From assembly GCF_009914755.1 (NCBI RefSeq), contig NC_060936.1: a DNA stretch of 64,000 bases. The stretch is one strand, 5' to 3'. The position numbers and the translations under genes are program-made. Numbering within the stretch: position 1 is the first letter of the stretch; every line of letters begins with the position of its first letter. The DNA is from the human T2T-CHM13v2.0 reference genome, Homo sapiens. Under the pieces are notes generated by a model. The model made no database searches. It was not told where the DNA came from and saw only the letters and a program-made list of their open reading frames with translations. Positions 60,601-64,000 of this stretch are shown one piece after another.

Positions 60601-63600
60601 AGGTTTGTACCTTCAGGTACTATGTATTGCTCATTAATGTCCTTTTCTTTCTTACTAAAGTACTCCCTTTAGCACTTCTTGTACAATGGTACAAGCTTTT
60701 GTTTGTCCAGGAATGTCTTTCTTTCTCCTTTACGCTTGAAGGACATTTTCACCACATATACTATTATACTATTATAGGCTAAAAGATTTTTTCTTTAGCA
60801 CTTTAAATATATTATGCCACTCTCTCCTGGCCTGTAAGGTTTCCACTGAAAATCTGGTGCCAGATGTGTTGGAGCTCCATTGTATGTTATTCATTTCTTT
60901 CCTCTTGCTGCTTTTAGGGTCCTTTCTCTACCCTTGGCCTTTGGGAGTTTGATTACTATCTTTGGGTTAAATCTGCTTGGTGTTCTATTACCTTCCTGTA
61001 CTTCCATACTGATATCTTTCTCTAGGTTTGGGAAGTCCTCTGTTATTATCCCTTTGAATAAACTTTCTACCCCATATTCTCTTTCTCTACCTCCTCATTA
61101 AGGCCCATAACTCTTAGAATCGCCCTTTTAAGTCTGTTTTCTAGATCCTGAAGGCATGCTTCATTGCTTTTTATTATTTTTTCTTTTATCTCCTCTATGT
61201 GTTTTCAACTGGCCTGTCTTCAGGTTCACTAATTCTTTCTTCTGCTTTATCAATTCTGCTGTTAAGGGACTCTGATGCATTCTTGAATATGCCAATTGCA
61301 TTTTTCAGCTCCAGAATTTCTGTATGATTCTTTTTAATTATTTCAAACTCTTTGTTAAAATTTTCTGATAGAATTCTAAATTTCTTCTCTATATTACCTT
61401 GAATTTCCTTGAGTTTCCTCAACACAGCTATTTTAAATTTTCTGTTTGAAAGGCCCCATATCTGTTTCTCCAGGATTGGTCCCTGGTCCCTTATTTAGTT
61501 CATTTGGCATGGCCGTGTTTTCCTGCATGGTTTTGATGCTAGTAGATGTTCTTTGGTATCTGGGCATTGAAGAGTTATGTATTTATTGTAGTCTTCACTG
61601 TCTGGGCTTATTTGTAGTCATCCTTCTTGTAAGACTTACCAAATATTTGGAAAGACTTCAGTGTTGTGATCTAATCCGTATCTGCTCTAGGGGGCACCCC
61701 ACACCCAGTAATTCTATGGTTCTTGCAGAACCTCGTAGATGTACCACCCTGATGTTTGGGACAAGATCTGAGAGAATTCTCTGGATTATCAGGCAGAGAC
61801 TCTTGTTCTCTTCCCTTACTTTCTCCCATACATACAGAGTAACTCTGTGTGTGTTTGTTCTGAGATAGCTAAAGCTGGGGGTGGAGTGACACAAGCACCC
61901 CTGTGTCACCACCACTATGACTGCATTGGGTCAGACGTGAAGCCACCACAGTGCTGGGTCTCACTCAAGGCCTGTTGTAAGGCCCTGGCTACTGCCTATG
62001 TTTGCTCAAGCCCAAGGGCTCTACAATCAGCAGATAACAAAGCTAGTTAGGCCTGTGTCCTTCTGTCAGAGCAGTGATGTCCCCCAGTCTCCGTGTGGTT
62101 CCAGAAGTGCTGTGCAGGAATCAAGGACTAGAGTCAAAAACCTTAGAAATGTACCTGGTGTCCTGTTGGATTGCAGCTGAGCTGGCACTCACTCCACACA
62201 ACAAATCCTTCCTGCTTTTCTCTTCCTTGTCCAAAGACAGAGGAGCCTGACCTCATAGTCACCACCACCCCAAGCCACATGGAGTACCGCTAGACTCCCA
62301 TCAATATTCCCTTAAAGCCCAAGATCTCTTAAGTCAGCTTGTGGTGAATGCTGCCTGGCCTGGGACACACCATTCATGTCAGTGGGCTCCCCATTGGCCC
62401 AGGGTGGGTCCAGAAAGTGCCATCCAAGAGTCAAGTCCTGGAATCACAAACCACAATAGTCTGCTTGGTGCTCCACTCCACTGTGGCCATGCTGGCACCT
62501 AAGGTGCAAGACAAAGTCTCCTTTACTTTTCCTTCCACTTTTCTCAAACAGAAGGTGTCTCTCTCCATAGCCACCACAGCTGGGAATGTCCTGAGTCTCA
62601 CCTGAAGCCAGCAAGTCTCAGAGGCTCACCCAAGGTCCTCAGTGTAGTAACTGCCCATCAGTGCTGGTTATTTGGGGCCCAAGGTCTCCTCAGATAGAAG
62701 GTGATGAATGCTGCCAGCACTGGGTCCTTTCTTTGAAAGCACTGGGTTGCCTTCTGGCCCAGGGTCTGTCTAGAAATGTCATATGGGAGCTAGGGATTGA
62801 AATGAGGGCCTCCTGACTCTGATCATTGCCCTATCTTGCTGTGGCTGAGCTGGTATCCAAGATGCATGATAAAATCCTCCCCACTCTTCTTCTCTCTCCT
62901 CTCCTCAAGTGGAAGAAAGGGGTCTCCTTTGGAACATCAAGCTGTGCAGCCTGGGGTTAGGGGAGGGGTGATACAAACATTCCCCTTTGCTGCCCCAGCT
63001 TGCGTCTCAATATGTCATGTGTCCCCCTAATCCAGTGCCTCTGGGCCTAGTTCTGCACTACCCCTAGCCTATGAGGGGCAGTCCTTATGGCCTAGACTGC
63101 CTTTCAAGTTTACTTGGAGACACAGAGCATTGTAGCCCTTGGTGGCGAGGTTTGCGGGCACTCAAGTTAGGTTTGCTGTGATCAGAGACTCCCCTGTGGC
63201 ACTAGGCCTCACCTATGAGTTGCAGTTCTTATGGCCTAGACTGCCATGTAAGTTTATTTGGAGACATGGAGCATTGTAGCCCTTGGTATCGAGGTTTGTG
63301 GGCACTCAGGACTGCTGGGATCGGTGATTCCCCTGTAGCTAGGGCTGGTTTAAATGCTCCCTCCATGGATGGGCATCAGCTGACTTTGGTCTGGTTTTTC
63401 TTCCTGCTCTAACAGGATAGCACTGAGTTCAGTGCCTCACAATTGCTGTGTTCTCCCTCCCGCAGCACCCAGAGATGCTCTCAGCACTGTGCCTCCACTG
63501 CCAGGGTTTGGAGAGCGGTAGGGTCTGTGATTCACGACTGTTTTTTTCTGTCTCTTCAGTGCCTCTTTCAGCAATATGAGGTTAAAACCAGGTTAAAGAG

Positions 63601-63745
63601 TTATCATCACCTGATTATTGGTTCTTATGAAGGTGTTTTTTGATACGGAGACAATTGTTAACTTGGTGTCTTGGTGTGGGGTGGGGAAGAGAGAATGATC
63701 CGTGAAGCCTTCTACTCTGCCATTTATCTCCACCTGCTCCTCACT
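57614..63745 (-). mobile_element. Old L1 (L1MA/L1PB-era) with 5'UTR, ORF1 and 5' part of ORF2; 3' part missing
   Basis: Minus ORFs 59082-59396 (ORF2) and 61195-61425 (ORF1 coiled coil); GC-rich 5'UTR ~61700-63745. Confidence 0.88.
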
Positions 63746-63764
63746 GTGTGTGTTTCATTTGCTT

Positions 63765-64000
63765 GTTTGTTTTATTTTGTTTTTTTTTTTTTGAGATGGG
63801 GGTCTCACTCTATCACCCAGGTTGGAGTGCAGTTGCACAATCTCAGCTCACTGCAACCTTCGTCTCCCAGGCTCAAGTGATCCACTTACCTCAGCCTCCC
63901 AAGTAGCTGTAACACAGGCATACACCAACACACCCAGCTAATTTTTTGTATTTTTAATAGAGACCGGGTTTCACCATATTGCCCAGGCTGGTCCCTAACT
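63765..64000 (-). mobile_element. Alu, truncated by window end
   Basis: Reverse Alu with T tail. Confidence 0.88.

Overview
Primate (almost certainly human, chr12q13 RDH/SDR cluster) genomic DNA, dominated by transposable-element relics. One intact protein-coding gene: SDR9C7 on the minus strand (4 coding exons, 301+259+164+218 = 942 nt, 313 aa, all GT-AG introns, TATA box and ATTAAA poly(A) signal visible). Upstream of it, in the same orientation, lies an unprocessed RDH16-like pseudogene (exons 1, 3, 4 recognisable; exon 2 not found) plus a second diverged relic of its 3' flank. The rest is a near full-length L1PA, a MER52-type ERV1 provirus with a tRNA-Pro primer site, several MaLR (MST/THE1) pieces, an old minus-strand L1 with its 5'UTR, Alus, MIR/L2 and solo LTRs. 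I found no evidence of a wholly new biological system, and most ORFs in the track are repeat-derived or spurious. The most interesting sequence-level observations are two L1 3' transductions bracketed by target-site duplications, apparent gene conversion between inverted L1 arms ~5 kb apart (a candidate inversion substrate), a twin-primed L1, and the RDH duplication relics. Repeat subfamily names are from recalled consensus features and need RepeatMasker/Dfam confirmation.
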